In this document: in pieces, positions 9,730-19,300 of the stretch
Layout: each line of letters starts with the position of its first letter
Numbering within the stretch: position 1 is the stretch's first letter
Virus record (IMG/VR): IMGVR_UViG_3300048121_001678
Span: 1-64,000 of that record
Reading direction: 5' to 3' (one strand)
DNA length: 64,000 nucleotides
Made by a program: the position numbers and the translations under genes
The notes under the pieces: model-generated
Told to the model about the DNA's origin: nothing
Database searches by the model: none
What the model saw: only the letters and a program-made list of their open reading frames with translations

Positions 9730-10032
9730 TTATATACACTCGGTCTTACTAATATCTTTACTCAGACTAACATGAATATGATTCACACCAAGATAATGAC
9801 ATTTATCGTTCATCTCTTTCCATAAATGTTCGTTGAGGACCCTATTAGCCACTGTTACCTTCGTCTTTGGTGTTTGTCTGTTGAACTTCACGACCGTATT
9901 CAATCTCGGTGAACCCTCAAAGTCCCAAGCCATCACACTTTCAAAAGTTATGTCATAGATTATCTTCTCCTCACCAAACTCATAAGTGAGGGTGGAAAAG
10001 ACCTCAGGGATAATCTTATTTATTGAGTTCAT
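9730..10032 (-). CDS. Hypothetical protein
   Basis: 100-aa ORF. Confidence 0.6.
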   Translation of the reverse strand: MNSINKIIPEVFSTLTYEFGEEKIIYDITFESVMAWDFEGSPRLNTVVKFNRQTPKTKVTVANRVLNEHLWKEMNDKCHYLGVNHIHVSLSKDISKTECI

Positions 10033-10059
10033 AGTATTTATAATTAATACTTCAATTAT

Positions 10060-10950
10060 ATGAACACAGAAGAATTAAATAAAGGGAAAGGAATTATAGT
10101 AAACCTATTAAATTCCATTTTTTCATCAGGTGATGGTTATCACATATCTTATGATTATGATGGGACCACATTCATCATCGATTTTGTTAGTGAAGGTGAT
10201 AAATTACCCGTTATAACCAAAAGACTTATAATGGAAACCGTGTACTCAAACTTTAGAAAAGCCAGTCGATACTTCCCTGATGTCATGTATTTTTGGAAAA
10301 ACTTTGATTTTGTAGTAAAATATAACGGAAAAGAGTTGAAAGGTGATTCAATCAATGACGCATTTATAAGTCAACCAATCACCGATTGTTTTGATAGTAG
10401 TTTAGAAAAAATACAATCTAATTCTGTAACATTTCCAACTGTATTTATTAATGTTAATTCTAAAATGGGTGAGTTTTTTATTACCACAGTTAATAGTAAG
10501 GTAATGAAATCAACTATAGAACCATCTGATAACTACATTTATTTCTTTACATATTTAGTACCTGACTACCTACTTTTATCTAATGGTAAAGGAGAATCAG
10601 TAAAGATAACTGCCGAGTCTTTAAGAGATTTCCACATGAATGGTGGTGAAGATGGTGAACCGTACTATGAAACACCTGAAAAAATATTAGAAGCATTACT
10701 ACGTGCAATAGCATTTGCACAAACAGAACAATACGAATCTAAAGTTTCCTCTGAATTCTATAACTGTTTACGTAGTGCAGGATTTGAAGGTTGGGGTGAA
10801 GGTATGTATGAAGATTACTATCCTTTATATGAAGTCATATTTTACGGAATTAGTGATATGATTATTACTACCTATGGTATATATGGTGAAGCTTACTCAG
10901 GTGACTTTGAAACAATTGAGGACTTATTCAACTTCCTCAATAGGAAATAA
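10060..10950 (+). CDS. Hypothetical protein
   Basis: 296-aa ORF; TATTTAT at 10035-10041. Confidence 0.75.
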   Translation: MNTEELNKGKGIIVNLLNSIFSSGDGYHISYDYDGTTFIIDFVSEGDKLPVITKRLIMETVYSNFRKASRYFPDVMYFWKNFDFVVKYNGKELKGDSINDAFISQPITDCFDSSLEKIQSNSVTFPTVFINVNSKMGEFFITTVNSKVMKSTIEPSDNYIYFFTYLVPDYLLLSNGKGESVKITAESLRDFHMNGGEDGEPYYETPEKILEALLRAIAFAQTEQYESKVSSEFYNCLRSAGFEGWGEGMYEDYYPLYEVIFYGISDMIITTYGIYGEAYSGDFETIEDLFNFLNRK

Positions 10951-11304
10951 TAAAGGAAACTCATCGGTAACCATATTCAAAGGGATTGTAACAGGTTCAT
11001 CACTCTCAGTTAAGAAACCATAGAAATCCAAACTTCTTTTGTGACGAAACAACTTCATCACATTACCTGGCATATCATTAAAATCTTTACGGTATAAATC
11101 TATAGCGGTAACTTTCTTTGACTTACCCCAAATGAAATCCACGTTCACGTTTCTTCCTACAGTAATTGGTACTATGGTGATGTCCTTGTTTTTGAAGTCC
11201 TCGTGAATGTGTTTGATAACCAAACGAGGTTTGGGACTGGAAGAGTATTGAATCACATACATTTCTCTTATAAATTCTATTAGACCTCCTTTTATGTCCC
11301 TCAT
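10924..11304 (-). CDS. Hypothetical protein
   Basis: 126-aa ORF whose 3' end overlaps the convergent gene. Confidence 0.65.
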   Translation of the reverse strand: MRDIKGGLIEFIREMYVIQYSSSPKPRLVIKHIHEDFKNKDITIVPITVGRNVNVDFIWGKSKKVTAIDLYRKDFNDMPGNVMKLFRHKRSLDFYGFLTESDEPVTIPLNMVTDEFPLLFPIEEVE

Positions 11305-11313
11305 AAAAATACA

Positions 11314-11481
11314 TTAACCCGTTACAGTCTTTCTTAACTCTTTATATTTTTCTTTCCAATCGTAAACCTCATCTCGAGTATCCAATAACTCATTCAACAG
11401 TTTTTCATTTTCTTTTTTTAATTCCTCAATTTTTACATTAACAGTCTGTAACTGCATCTTGTATAACTCAATATGGTCCAT
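11314..11481 (-). CDS. Small coiled-coil protein (55 aa, not in ORF track)
   Basis: Translated by hand: MDHIELYKMQLQTVNVKIEELKKENEKLLNELLDTRDEVYDWKEKYKELRKTVTG; fills the gap after thyA. Confidence 0.65.
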   Translation of the reverse strand: MDHIELYKMQLQTVNVKIEELKKENEKLLNELLDTRDEVYDWKEKYKELRKTVTG

Positions 11482-11493
11482 ATATTTTATTTT

Positions 11494-12435
11494 TTAATTT
11501 GATAGAGGTGCTTTAATTGTTGGGTGTGATTGATAACCTCTAATCTCATAATCAAACTCACCGTTTAATACATCAACATTGGATAACTCAATCGTTGGTA
11601 AATCATATGACATTCTTCCACATTGTTCGTTCGCTTGGTCAATGTGATTCTTATATAAGTGAGTATCACCTAAGTTCCCCACCAACTCACCTGGTTGATA
11701 ACCTGTCTCCTCACATAACAACAATAGTAATGTTCCATATGATGCAATGTTGAATGGTAAACCTAAGAAGGTGTCAACTGAACGTTGATTCCACATTAGG
11801 GATAGTTTACCTTCAGACACATAACATTGAAATCCATAATGACATGGAGGTAGTACAACCTCGTCCAACTCACCAACATTCCAAGCTGATACCATATGTC
11901 TACGAGAATTAGGATTTTCTTTTAGACCTTTTATTAAGTTTTGAATTTGGTCAATGTACTTAGTACCTTCAACATATGTATCTTCACCCGATAATGGGTC
12001 TTTGAGAGTAGTCTTAATAAGTGATTCAGTTTTCCATTCTCTCCATTGTTTACCATAGATTGGACCCAACTCACCCCACATCTCAGCAAATCTATCCTGA
12101 GTCTTAATCTTCTGAATGAATGACTTAGGACCCATAGCTAATGTTCCCTTGTCTTCTTTGTATCTTTTATAAGCATCACCATTCCAAATGTTACAATCAT
12201 TATCCACCAAATACTTAATGTTGGTATCACCTTTGAGGAACCACTTCAGTTCGGTCATCATGGTCTTAACCGCCATCTTCTTTGTGGTTAACAAAGGAAA
12301 CCCCTCACTCATATCATGACGTATCTGACGACCAAAGACCGATACTGTACCAGTACCTGTACGGTCATCTTTCTCAACACCATTGGTCATGATGTCTTTT
12401 AATAATTCTAAGTAATCTTTATCTAATTTATTCAT
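11494..12435 (-). CDS. thyA: Thymidylate synthase
   Basis: Motifs DDRTGTGT, GFPLLTTKK, ELKWFLKG, LGPIYGKQWR, LPPCH, QRSVDTFLGLPFNIASY and GDTHLY. Confidence 0.97.
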   Translation of the reverse strand: MNKLDKDYLELLKDIMTNGVEKDDRTGTGTVSVFGRQIRHDMSEGFPLLTTKKMAVKTMMTELKWFLKGDTNIKYLVDNDCNIWNGDAYKRYKEDKGTLAMGPKSFIQKIKTQDRFAEMWGELGPIYGKQWREWKTESLIKTTLKDPLSGEDTYVEGTKYIDQIQNLIKGLKENPNSRRHMVSAWNVGELDEVVLPPCHYGFQCYVSEGKLSLMWNQRSVDTFLGLPFNIASYGTLLLLLCEETGYQPGELVGNLGDTHLYKNHIDQANEQCGRMSYDLPTIELSNVDVLNGEFDYEIRGYQSHPTIKAPLSN

Positions 12436-12637
12436 GTGTATATACTATCATAGTATTATTGATAGGAAATCTATAGATAGGTGCGTTTTTTTCATTTGAT
12501 TGTCTTTGGAGGACTTCGTAATACCCATTATAGTCTTTAATAGTCATCACATTTTCTTTAGTTTCTGATGGTCCACTACCATCGCTGAACACAACCGACA
12601 TTGTGTGTTCTTTTGTGTTAAATCTCAGTACATTCAT
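12428..12637 (-). CDS. Hypothetical protein
   Basis: 69-aa ORF overlapping the thyA start. Confidence 0.65.
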   Translation of the reverse strand: MNVLRFNTKEHTMSVVFSDGSGPSETKENVMTIKDYNGYYEVLQRQSNEKNAPIYRFPINNTMIVYTHE

Positions 12638-12725
12638 TTGTTATTGTAATTATAAGGTTATAGGGCAATAAAAAACCCCTTCGTCTATTATAACAAAGGG
12701 GCAGTTAAAAATCAATTATTAAAGA

Positions 12726-13025
12726 CTATTTTCCAATAACTAAATCAGAGTAGTCTAATTTTTCCATACCTGTTAATTCTTCCTCAACCTCATCATACAT
12801 ATAAGCTTTAACTACGGCAACTACGCCCTGTTCAGCTTGAGCCAATTTACTTTCCATCCAATCTTCGATTTGCTCTCCGTCTTCCATCATTTCCCACATC
12901 TTATATGCTAATGTGGCGATGGTGAATAGTTGTTGTTTAGCCATATACGACCCGTCATGTTTTCCTTCTGTCAAGGAAGCTGTCAACCTTTCCAATTGTG
13001 CTTCTGTAAGAATAATTTGTCCCAT
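12726..13025 (-). CDS. Hypothetical protein, probably virion-associated (start re-set to MGQIILTE)
   Basis: TATTTAT at 13045-13051 lies inside the longer ORF call, which favours the downstream ATG; IILTEAQL leader. Confidence 0.7.
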   Translation of the reverse strand: MGQIILTEAQLERLTASLTEGKHDGSYMAKQQLFTIATLAYKMWEMMEDGEQIEDWMESKLAQAEQGVVAVVKAYMYDEVEEELTGMEKLDYSDLVIGK

Positions 13026-13154
13026 ATTTTGTTTACCTTTGTTTATAAATATCACGTAATTAAAAAAGGTGAGGATTACTCCCCACCTTTTTGAGGCCGA
13101 CCTGGCTAATAGTCGTCGGCAACTCCACCACCCTATTTCATCTAATAGGGAAAT

Positions 13155-13664
13155 CTATTCCTTAACTGATGAGTTTAACCAATCAATCACTTCTTCATCT
13201 AGTAGACTTTCTTCAGAGTTAGATAACCCCCAAATACTACCATCGATATTAATTAAATATTTAAAGAAATTCCATTTAGTTTCAAAATCATAACCATATT
13301 TTGATGAACCTTCATTAGTATATTGCAACCAATGCCAAATATCTGAATCTTTAAGAATTACTTTATCCATTAAATAAACATTCGAATGTTCTAAGACCCC
13401 ATACCCATCACAAAAGGTCTTTATTTCATCAATGGTTCCAGGTTCTTGTCCTCCAAAATCATTAGATGGATACAACCATACCGTAACTTTATCCTTATCA
13501 ACAGTTTCTAAGAACTGTTTGAGGTCTTTGTAGTTATTATCCGTATATCCACACTCTGAGGCCACATTGATGACTATGTGTCTCGTGTTTAAAATTTTGG
13601 GGTGAATCATTTCACCACTTTCGGTGATGAGAATCCTATCGTAAAAGTTAGTTATACCTTCCAT
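13155..13664 (-). CDS. Glutathione peroxidase family protein (Cys-type)
   Basis: Motifs VINVASECGYT, YPSNDFGGQEPG and KWNFFKYLIN. Confidence 0.9.
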   Translation of the reverse strand: MEGITNFYDRILITESGEMIHPKILNTRHIVINVASECGYTDNNYKDLKQFLETVDKDKVTVWLYPSNDFGGQEPGTIDEIKTFCDGYGVLEHSNVYLMDKVILKDSDIWHWLQYTNEGSSKYGYDFETKWNFFKYLINIDGSIWGLSNSEESLLDEEVIDWLNSSVKE

Positions 13665-13846
13665 TTATTCAATAAGTTATTTATTTCATGAGAGTACGCT
13701 TGATGTACCGTTTTACATTCTCGTATACCATACGCATTTCCATCAGTAGTGTAAATAACAACGTCATCTTTAAACCTCTCAATTTCCTGAATTTCTTTTA
13801 ATTCTTTTGTTTCAGGTATCACAACCATATCTCCAACTTTATACAT
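13652..13846 (-). CDS. Hypothetical protein
   Basis: 64-aa ORF coupled to its neighbours. Confidence 0.65.
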   Translation of the reverse strand: MYKVGDMVVIPETKELKEIQEIERFKDDVVIYTTDGNAYGIRECKTVHQAYSHEINNLLNKWKV

Positions 13847-14121
13847 TATCCCTCCATCTTAGATTTATGAATTGCATATCCACCCAAAGTCAATTCCTCT
13901 TGAGGTTTCACATTACCCAAAATAATAGATTGACTAAGTAAATCATAAGGAATATGTACTAAGAAGTCTCGACCATTGAAGAATGATAGGTCCTGCTTTA
14001 ATTCAATACAAGAATGTACCATCTGTAAAAACAACTTAAACTGAACCTCATCAGAGTAGTAGTCATTAAGCAGGTTTCCGAATTGTGGGTGAATGATTTT
14101 TATGTTTTTCTCTAATACCAT
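13846..14121 (-). CDS. Hypothetical protein
   Basis: 91-aa ORF; TATATTTG at 14142-14149 on the minus strand. Confidence 0.7.
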   Translation of the reverse strand: MVLEKNIKIIHPQFGNLLNDYYSDEVQFKLFLQMVHSCIELKQDLSFFNGRDFLVHIPYDLLSQSIILGNVKPQEELTLGGYAIHKSKMEG

Positions 14122-14182
14122 ATTTATTTCTTTTGTATATACAAATATAATAAATATATTTCACTATAACAACTATAGGCAT

Positions 14183-14212
14183 AAAAAAACCTCGGTGGGT
14201 TAACACCGAGGT
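14183..14212 (-). terminator. Intrinsic terminator closing the large ncRNA
   Basis: Minus-strand ACCUCGGUG-UUAACC-CACCGAGGU stem followed by a U-tract. Confidence 0.85.
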
Positions 14213-14236
14213 CAAGGAAGGTATATGTGGTATAGA

Positions 14237-15050
14237 ACGCTGAGATTACACGTTTATGTGACTTGTCTTTAATGAGATTACCCTATATCGGTTGCCCACT
14301 TATCCACTATCGTTTCCGAAAGTATCAAGTCAGTGTCGGTTACTTACGTTAACCACTCGTATTCGTCAATAACTACTCAACCACTACTATATTCTGTTAA
14401 ACCTTGCGAGTTCACTAAGGGATGGCCGTCCCAACAGGTATTTCGTAATCGACATTGAATGACTTGCCGTCAATACAATGACTCCGTTAGTTTCTACTCG
14501 GAGTGTTAGACACCTTTCGTTATTAACGCCTGAAGACTTTTGCTTTGTATCTATTTTTAAAATAGTAGCAAAATGTGGATTTAGGAAAGATGTGCTTCAG
14601 GAGAAGGTTCGTTCCTTTTGAGAACAAAATGCTTCACACCTCTCTGTAAGTCTGTCAACTTACGGTACTTCAGGACTTCGTTGATTTAATCACCTCGGAA
14701 ACCCGTCGTACTGGTACCCAGCCCTACAACACCTGACAGGATGTGTCGAACCGTCACCTGTAACTTTTCCTATTGATGTCACCATCTCAACTCTGATATT
14801 CCACGGACTCAGAGTAACCTCTTCCCCCTAGCAGTTGCCCTCGGGGAATCGGCCGTAGCCACTTTGTTTAGTTGTCAGAATACACTTGTACTCTGCGAAC
14901 TTCCAATAGATACTACTCTACTTTCCGTCCCTTTAGTCCCCTCACGGGGTTTATCTAACGACGCTAAACCGCCGAGTGTTGATTAAACTTTCTTTTATTT
15001 TGGAAAGGACGTCCTCCTAAAAGGACATCAAAAGTCCGTAATAATCAACC
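14237..15050 (-). ncRNA. Large structured ncRNA, GOLLD-like (~815 nt)
   Basis: No ORF of 60 aa or more and higher GC than the flanks. Many stems (14978-14985/15042-15049, 14646-14663, 14481-14504, 14529-14535/14595-14601) and GCAA tetraloops. The 3' motifs GAGUAGUU (14371-14378), UUAACGUAAG (14343-14352) and GUAAUCUCAG (14240-14249) match GOLLD as I recall it. Has its own promoter and terminator. Confidence 0.7.
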
Positions 15051-15092
15051 TCTAATATTTCAAAGAACTTTTCTTTTAACTTTTTACTCCTA

Positions 15093-15173
15093 CAAATCTA
15101 ATACTTTAATTTTAGACTGTCAAATAAACTTTTAAGAATTTCTGATTTTTTTCAGTAGGGTAAGATATAAATA
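15093..15173 (-). promoter_or_regulatory. Candidate promoters of the large ncRNA
   Basis: TAGATTTG (Bacteroidota TAnnTTTG type) at 15093-15100 and TATTTAT at 15167-15173. Confidence 0.5.
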
Positions 15174-15258
15174 TTACCGTTTCACTCAAAAGTTATACGA
15201 AGATACTAAAAATTTCATCTCCGTCAAGTATTTTTTTGTTTTTTTTAGTAATTTGACA

Positions 15259-15474
15259 TTAAATGGAAACCCCATTCACATCAAATTCGGATTTTAAAGC
15301 TTCCAACTTATCTTTTGCAGTTGCCATTTTGTCAACCATTTCGTCCATCTCCTCTAAATGTTGTGGGTGTTCACCAATCCCAACTGAGTTATGGAAATAC
15401 ACATTTAGTGTTGCCTTTGCAGCTATTAAATCTGCTTCATACTTTTTTACTAACGCTTGATACATTAAATTCAT
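15259..15474 (-). CDS. Hypothetical conserved phage protein
   Basis: 71 aa; YFHNSVGIGEHPQHLEEMD motif typical of T4-like phage small proteins. Confidence 0.7.
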   Translation of the reverse strand: MNLMYQALVKKYEADLIAAKATLNVYFHNSVGIGEHPQHLEEMDEMVDKMATAKDKLEALKSEFDVNGVSI

Positions 15475-15878
15475 TTTAAAATAATTTTTAATAGTTTATT
15501 AAATTGTTCTGTCATTGGTGAAGGTAATTCATTTTTACCAAAATATCCACACTCAGTATGTTCATCTCCATCTTTCGCAGTTGTTAAGTTAGGGTGAATC
15601 TCTTCATCACAATCATAAAGAAAACAGTACATTTCACCTTTAATTTTTGAACCATCTCTGTTTGTTCTCTTAATAAGACCACAGAACTCAGGTTCATCAA
15701 TTAATTTAAAATCAGTTTCTTCATAAAATTCTCTCATCGCACCTAACAAAGGACTTTCACCCTCTTCAATACTTCCTGCTGGACATGACCAGTGACCAGG
15801 TAATGGCCCTTCATTATTCCGTTTACATAATAATACTTTATTATCACATCTAACTATAATACCTCCGTATTTTTTCAT
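15471..15878 (-). CDS. Nudix hydrolase
   Basis: Nudix box GSIEEGESPLLGAMREFYEETD. Confidence 0.9.
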   Translation of the reverse strand: MKKYGGIIVRCDNKVLLCKRNNEGPLPGHWSCPAGSIEEGESPLLGAMREFYEETDFKLIDEPEFCGLIKRTNRDGSKIKGEMYCFLYDCDEEIHPNLTTAKDGDEHTECGYFGKNELPSPMTEQFNKLLKIILK

Positions 15879-15906
15879 ATTATATAATCTTCATATATTT
15901 ATTACT

Positions 15907-16263
15907 ATGAAGATAACTATAGGAGATAATATTATTAAAGTCAAACTTTGCGTGACAAAAGATTCAATAATTAAAGGAATGCAAGGTCAAAAGTTTAATG
16001 ATGAGTTCCAAGGTATGTATTTCTTAATGCCAAGTAAAGGTGAACAATCTTTTTGGATGTACGATTGTATAATACCTTTAGATATTATATTCATCAATGG
16101 TGATGATATTGACACCATTCACGAAAATTGTCCAATATGTACTAATGAGTTGGAATGTGAATCCTATACGGGTTATGGTGACAAGGTATTAGAATTACCA
16201 GCAGGTATGTCAAAACAACTTGGTATAAAAAAAGGAGACAATGTCTCCTTCTCTTTATTTTAA
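15907..16263 (+). CDS. DUF192 family protein
   Basis: GMYF, SFWMYDCIIPLDIIFI and VLELPAG motifs. Confidence 0.85.
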   Translation: MKITIGDNIIKVKLCVTKDSIIKGMQGQKFNDEFQGMYFLMPSKGEQSFWMYDCIIPLDIIFINGDDIDTIHENCPICTNELECESYTGYGDKVLELPAGMSKQLGIKKGDNVSFSLF

Positions 16264-18453
16264 TTGACTAAGTACTGTTGAGGTTTCAATTCCAACAATG
16301 CCGTCATCCTCAATCTTATTATCTTTTTGAACCTTTTTAATCGACTCTCTTGTTTTTGACCCAAAACGACCGTCAACACCGTCTTTATTCGGACCAAAGT
16401 CTCCAAGGTCATAACCATTATCCACTAATATCTGCTGAATCTCTTCAACACCTTTACCTCTTGAACCTAAAGATATTAACTCACTATTGTCACCATTACT
16501 AATAATATCTGCAATTGTTAAATCTTGTTTTACGACATTTTTTTCTTTCTTATATTCATCGTCTTTAAGTTCTATGTTGGAGACGTGTAAATGATGCTTA
16601 TGACTACCATCTGGCATAAACCATAGAACCGCTCTTTTGTGTTTACCTTCACTATTTCTATTATAACCTAATGACTCTAATGCCGAACATAATCTATCAC
16701 CCGCACTAATAAAACCTTCTCTGTTATTTCTATACGATGAAAGTTTTTTCTCATTAGGGTTATTTAAGTCTTGAAGTTTCGAAATATCTATAGCCCTTTC
16801 AATATGGTGTCTACTTACTTTACCTCCTTTAGTATTCTTACCATGACCCGTTTTAGCCCAGCTTAGTTCTGCATTTACATTTGCAATTTCAGCGGCCACA
16901 CCAATATCATTAATTAGTTCTTCAGGTAAATAATCATTCTTCGCCCTTCTACTAACAAATAAGTTAGGTGAAATTTCATCACCTACCCTCATCATATTTT
17001 CTGTTACTATTTTTTTAGTTTTTTTTTTAAAAGACTCTTTCAAATTTTTTGAACCCTCAATCTTTTCTTTAAGCTTTCTATAGAATTCTTCTCCAATCAT
17101 CTTAGAGAATTTAACGTATGGTGCATCACCTGAATCTTTATTGTATTTGTACTTACCTTGTGGTGGTCTCTTACTCCTACCGAAATAATTAAGTGCAGCA
17201 ATGTTAGTAATACATTTGTGACCACCTGAGTTAGCCTGTATCATTTCCCAAGCCGGAACACCTAAACCATCTAATAAACTCATCTCATCGTCAGTTAACT
17301 TACTGAATGGTTTATCCATTATCGCCTTTAAGTTTTCCATATACTTTTCTCCACCTTCCATAGACTTAATCTTATCACCGTAGAATGCTTCTAAATCTGC
17401 GTTTGTAAAACCTACAGACTCCTCACCAAAACTCTTTGATGACTCAGAAATCCATTTGATTGTTGATAATGGTATAATCTTTTCTCTTAGTTTAGATTCC
17501 CACTTACCCAATACTTCCTGTGCGATATCACCTAAGTTAACACCTTTAAGTTCTCTCTCACCCTTAAAAGGATTACAAGACGCTTGTACCAATCCCATCG
17601 GCCAAACCGTAATAAGGAAATCAGCATCGGGATGTAATTTAAATGGTGTATACCTATCGTATGAACCTGGTTTAAACATTCTACCACCACCGTATTGATA
17701 AAGAATACCATCTTTATAACTTAACTTAGGGTCCTTACTTCTTTGGTCAACATAGTCCTCTTGATTCGCAGACATCATCAACGCATTTGCATAGTTTTCT
17801 CTATCAGCTATTCTCCTAATATTTTGGAATATGTTTAATAAGGATGGTTTTGAAGTCATAACTAACTCCTCCATAAAACCTGGTTTGTTTTTATAAGCCA
17901 ACATAAGTTTGTTTGCCGCCAAACCTAACGCCATCTTATTTTTCTGTAGTGATTTGTCTTTATCTAACTTAAAGATAAAGTTCATAATGTCCTGTGGCTT
18001 TAAACCATACTTAGCAAAGTCGGCAGAATCAACCGTTGATATTAATCTAATGTCATCAGCAGTAAAAATATCTTTAGGTGACATTATCTGTGATAGTGTT
18101 TCAACATTTGAACGTGAAGACCTAAATGAGGTTGATGTATCACCCTCAACTCCACTCTGTGAATCGTGGTGGTCAGTGTGAACAACAAACATTGGCTTTC
18201 CATGTGCAAAATCAACTAACACTGGCATTGTATCTCCTTGAGCATCTTGTTTCTTCACTGCAAATTCCTTATCACCATATTGGATAATCTCACTATCAAC
18301 AACTTTAATACCGTTATTTTCTAAATAGTTCTTCATTGCTAATGCAGTTGTAACCCCATCTAAATCCTGATGAAAGTATATTTTAGCCTTTTTATATCTC
18401 TTGGATAGGTCATTTATATTACGTAGACCAGACTCGTTAATTAACTTTTTCAT
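16255..18453 (-). CDS. Fusion: DHH-family phosphoesterase + M15-like peptidase + peptidoglycan-binding domain
   Basis: HQDLDG, VDFAH, TDHHD and SGGH (DHH/DHHA1); SRH...AIDI...HHLHVS (M15-like); LGSRGKGVEEIQQIL...DGRFGSKT...DDGIVGIET (PG-binding). Confidence 0.7.
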   Translation of the reverse strand: MKKLINESGLRNINDLSKRYKKAKIYFHQDLDGVTTALAMKNYLENNGIKVVDSEIIQYGDKEFAVKKQDAQGDTMPVLVDFAHGKPMFVVHTDHHDSQSGVEGDTSTSFRSSRSNVETLSQIMSPKDIFTADDIRLISTVDSADFAKYGLKPQDIMNFIFKLDKDKSLQKNKMALGLAANKLMLAYKNKPGFMEELVMTSKPSLLNIFQNIRRIADRENYANALMMSANQEDYVDQRSKDPKLSYKDGILYQYGGGRMFKPGSYDRYTPFKLHPDADFLITVWPMGLVQASCNPFKGERELKGVNLGDIAQEVLGKWESKLREKIIPLSTIKWISESSKSFGEESVGFTNADLEAFYGDKIKSMEGGEKYMENLKAIMDKPFSKLTDDEMSLLDGLGVPAWEMIQANSGGHKCITNIAALNYFGRSKRPPQGKYKYNKDSGDAPYVKFSKMIGEEFYRKLKEKIEGSKNLKESFKKKTKKIVTENMMRVGDEISPNLFVSRRAKNDYLPEELINDIGVAAEIANVNAELSWAKTGHGKNTKGGKVSRHHIERAIDISKLQDLNNPNEKKLSSYRNNREGFISAGDRLCSALESLGYNRNSEGKHKRAVLWFMPDGSHKHHLHVSNIELKDDEYKKEKNVVKQDLTIADIISNGDNSELISLGSRGKGVEEIQQILVDNGYDLGDFGPNKDGVDGRFGSKTRESIKKVQKDNKIEDDGIVGIETSTVLSQLK

Positions 18454-18454
18454 A

Positions 18455-19258
18455 TTATATCTCTTTATAAAAATCGTGGTTACCTATTGTTTTAACCAAT
18501 TTAAATTTTTCTTTATTGTTCCACCAATCATTATCATCAGTAGCTCGCTTTTTATTAACATAATGGGTTGCACCACCAATATCTATAGTTGAATCATTAT
18601 TCACTATAGATAAAAAATCACCCAACTCACTTTTCTTCACACCTAATTTACCTTGATTACATCTTGGGTTACTACCAAACCCTTTATCATTCCAATAAGA
18701 AAATTGTTTAGGTCTAAGTGCTTCACCAGCCATTCTTGCTTTCAATGAAAGACTTGAATCACCATTCCTAAGACCCCTATTTTTTAATATGGTATAAACC
18801 GCTTTCATACCTTCGTTACTCTCACCTCTAGCTTCACCCCATAGTGTGGCAGCTAAAATATCCTCGTTAGAATAATATGCGTTATATCTATCAGGGTCCT
18901 CAATTAATGAAATTGTCTTTTTACCCAACGCAGAACCATCAACATCACGTGAACATGATTGTGATTTATAAAAGTTACTAATAGCCTCGGCAGTTTTACC
19001 ACCATAGTAACCTAATAACCCATCCCACTTAAGGTACCCTAAGTCCTTTAATTTTTTTTGAATTTTAATAATACCTGAGTTAGGGTTTGAATTACAATAC
19101 CCTTTCTTTATTACCTGACCATTTTTTAAATCTTCATAAGTAACTAACTCATCTTCTTCTTTACCCTCAGGGCAAGGACTTTTTTTAGTTTGTTCAGACA
19201 AACCATAAAGTTTAAAAATGTCGTTCTTTTCTGACTCAGTAATAATAAAACGTGGCAT
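18455..19258 (-). CDS. PG-binding domain + SleB-type cell wall hydrolase
   Basis: IIKIQKKLKDLGY...GYYGGKT; AATLWGEARGE, PKQFSYWN, GATHY and IGNHDFY. Confidence 0.85.
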   Translation of the reverse strand: MPRFIITESEKNDIFKLYGLSEQTKKSPCPEGKEEDELVTYEDLKNGQVIKKGYCNSNPNSGIIKIQKKLKDLGYLKWDGLLGYYGGKTAEAISNFYKSQSCSRDVDGSALGKKTISLIEDPDRYNAYYSNEDILAATLWGEARGESNEGMKAVYTILKNRGLRNGDSSLSLKARMAGEALRPKQFSYWNDKGFGSNPRCNQGKLGVKKSELGDFLSIVNNDSTIDIGGATHYVNKKRATDDNDWWNNKEKFKLVKTIGNHDFYKEI

Positions 19259-19300
19259 AAAATACTTTTAATATAAATATAACAAACAACAAAAAACCCC

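Noticed and set aside
11494-12435. Intron or intein in thyA
   Set aside because: The ORF is continuous; the extra residues are short variable loops with no splicing motifs.
13155-13664. Selenocysteine glutathione peroxidase
   Set aside because: The active-site codon is TGT (Cys); there is no in-frame TGA.
14210-14223. 14-mer ggtcaaggaaggta, also present on the minus strand at about 50829-50842
   Set aside because: A single 14-nt match is expected by chance in 64 kb, and the contexts are unrelated.
14237-15050. rRNA fragment, tRNA cluster, tmRNA or group I/II intron
   Set aside because: No cloverleaf, rRNA signature or tag frame was recognised; it is not inside a gene and has its own promoter and terminator.
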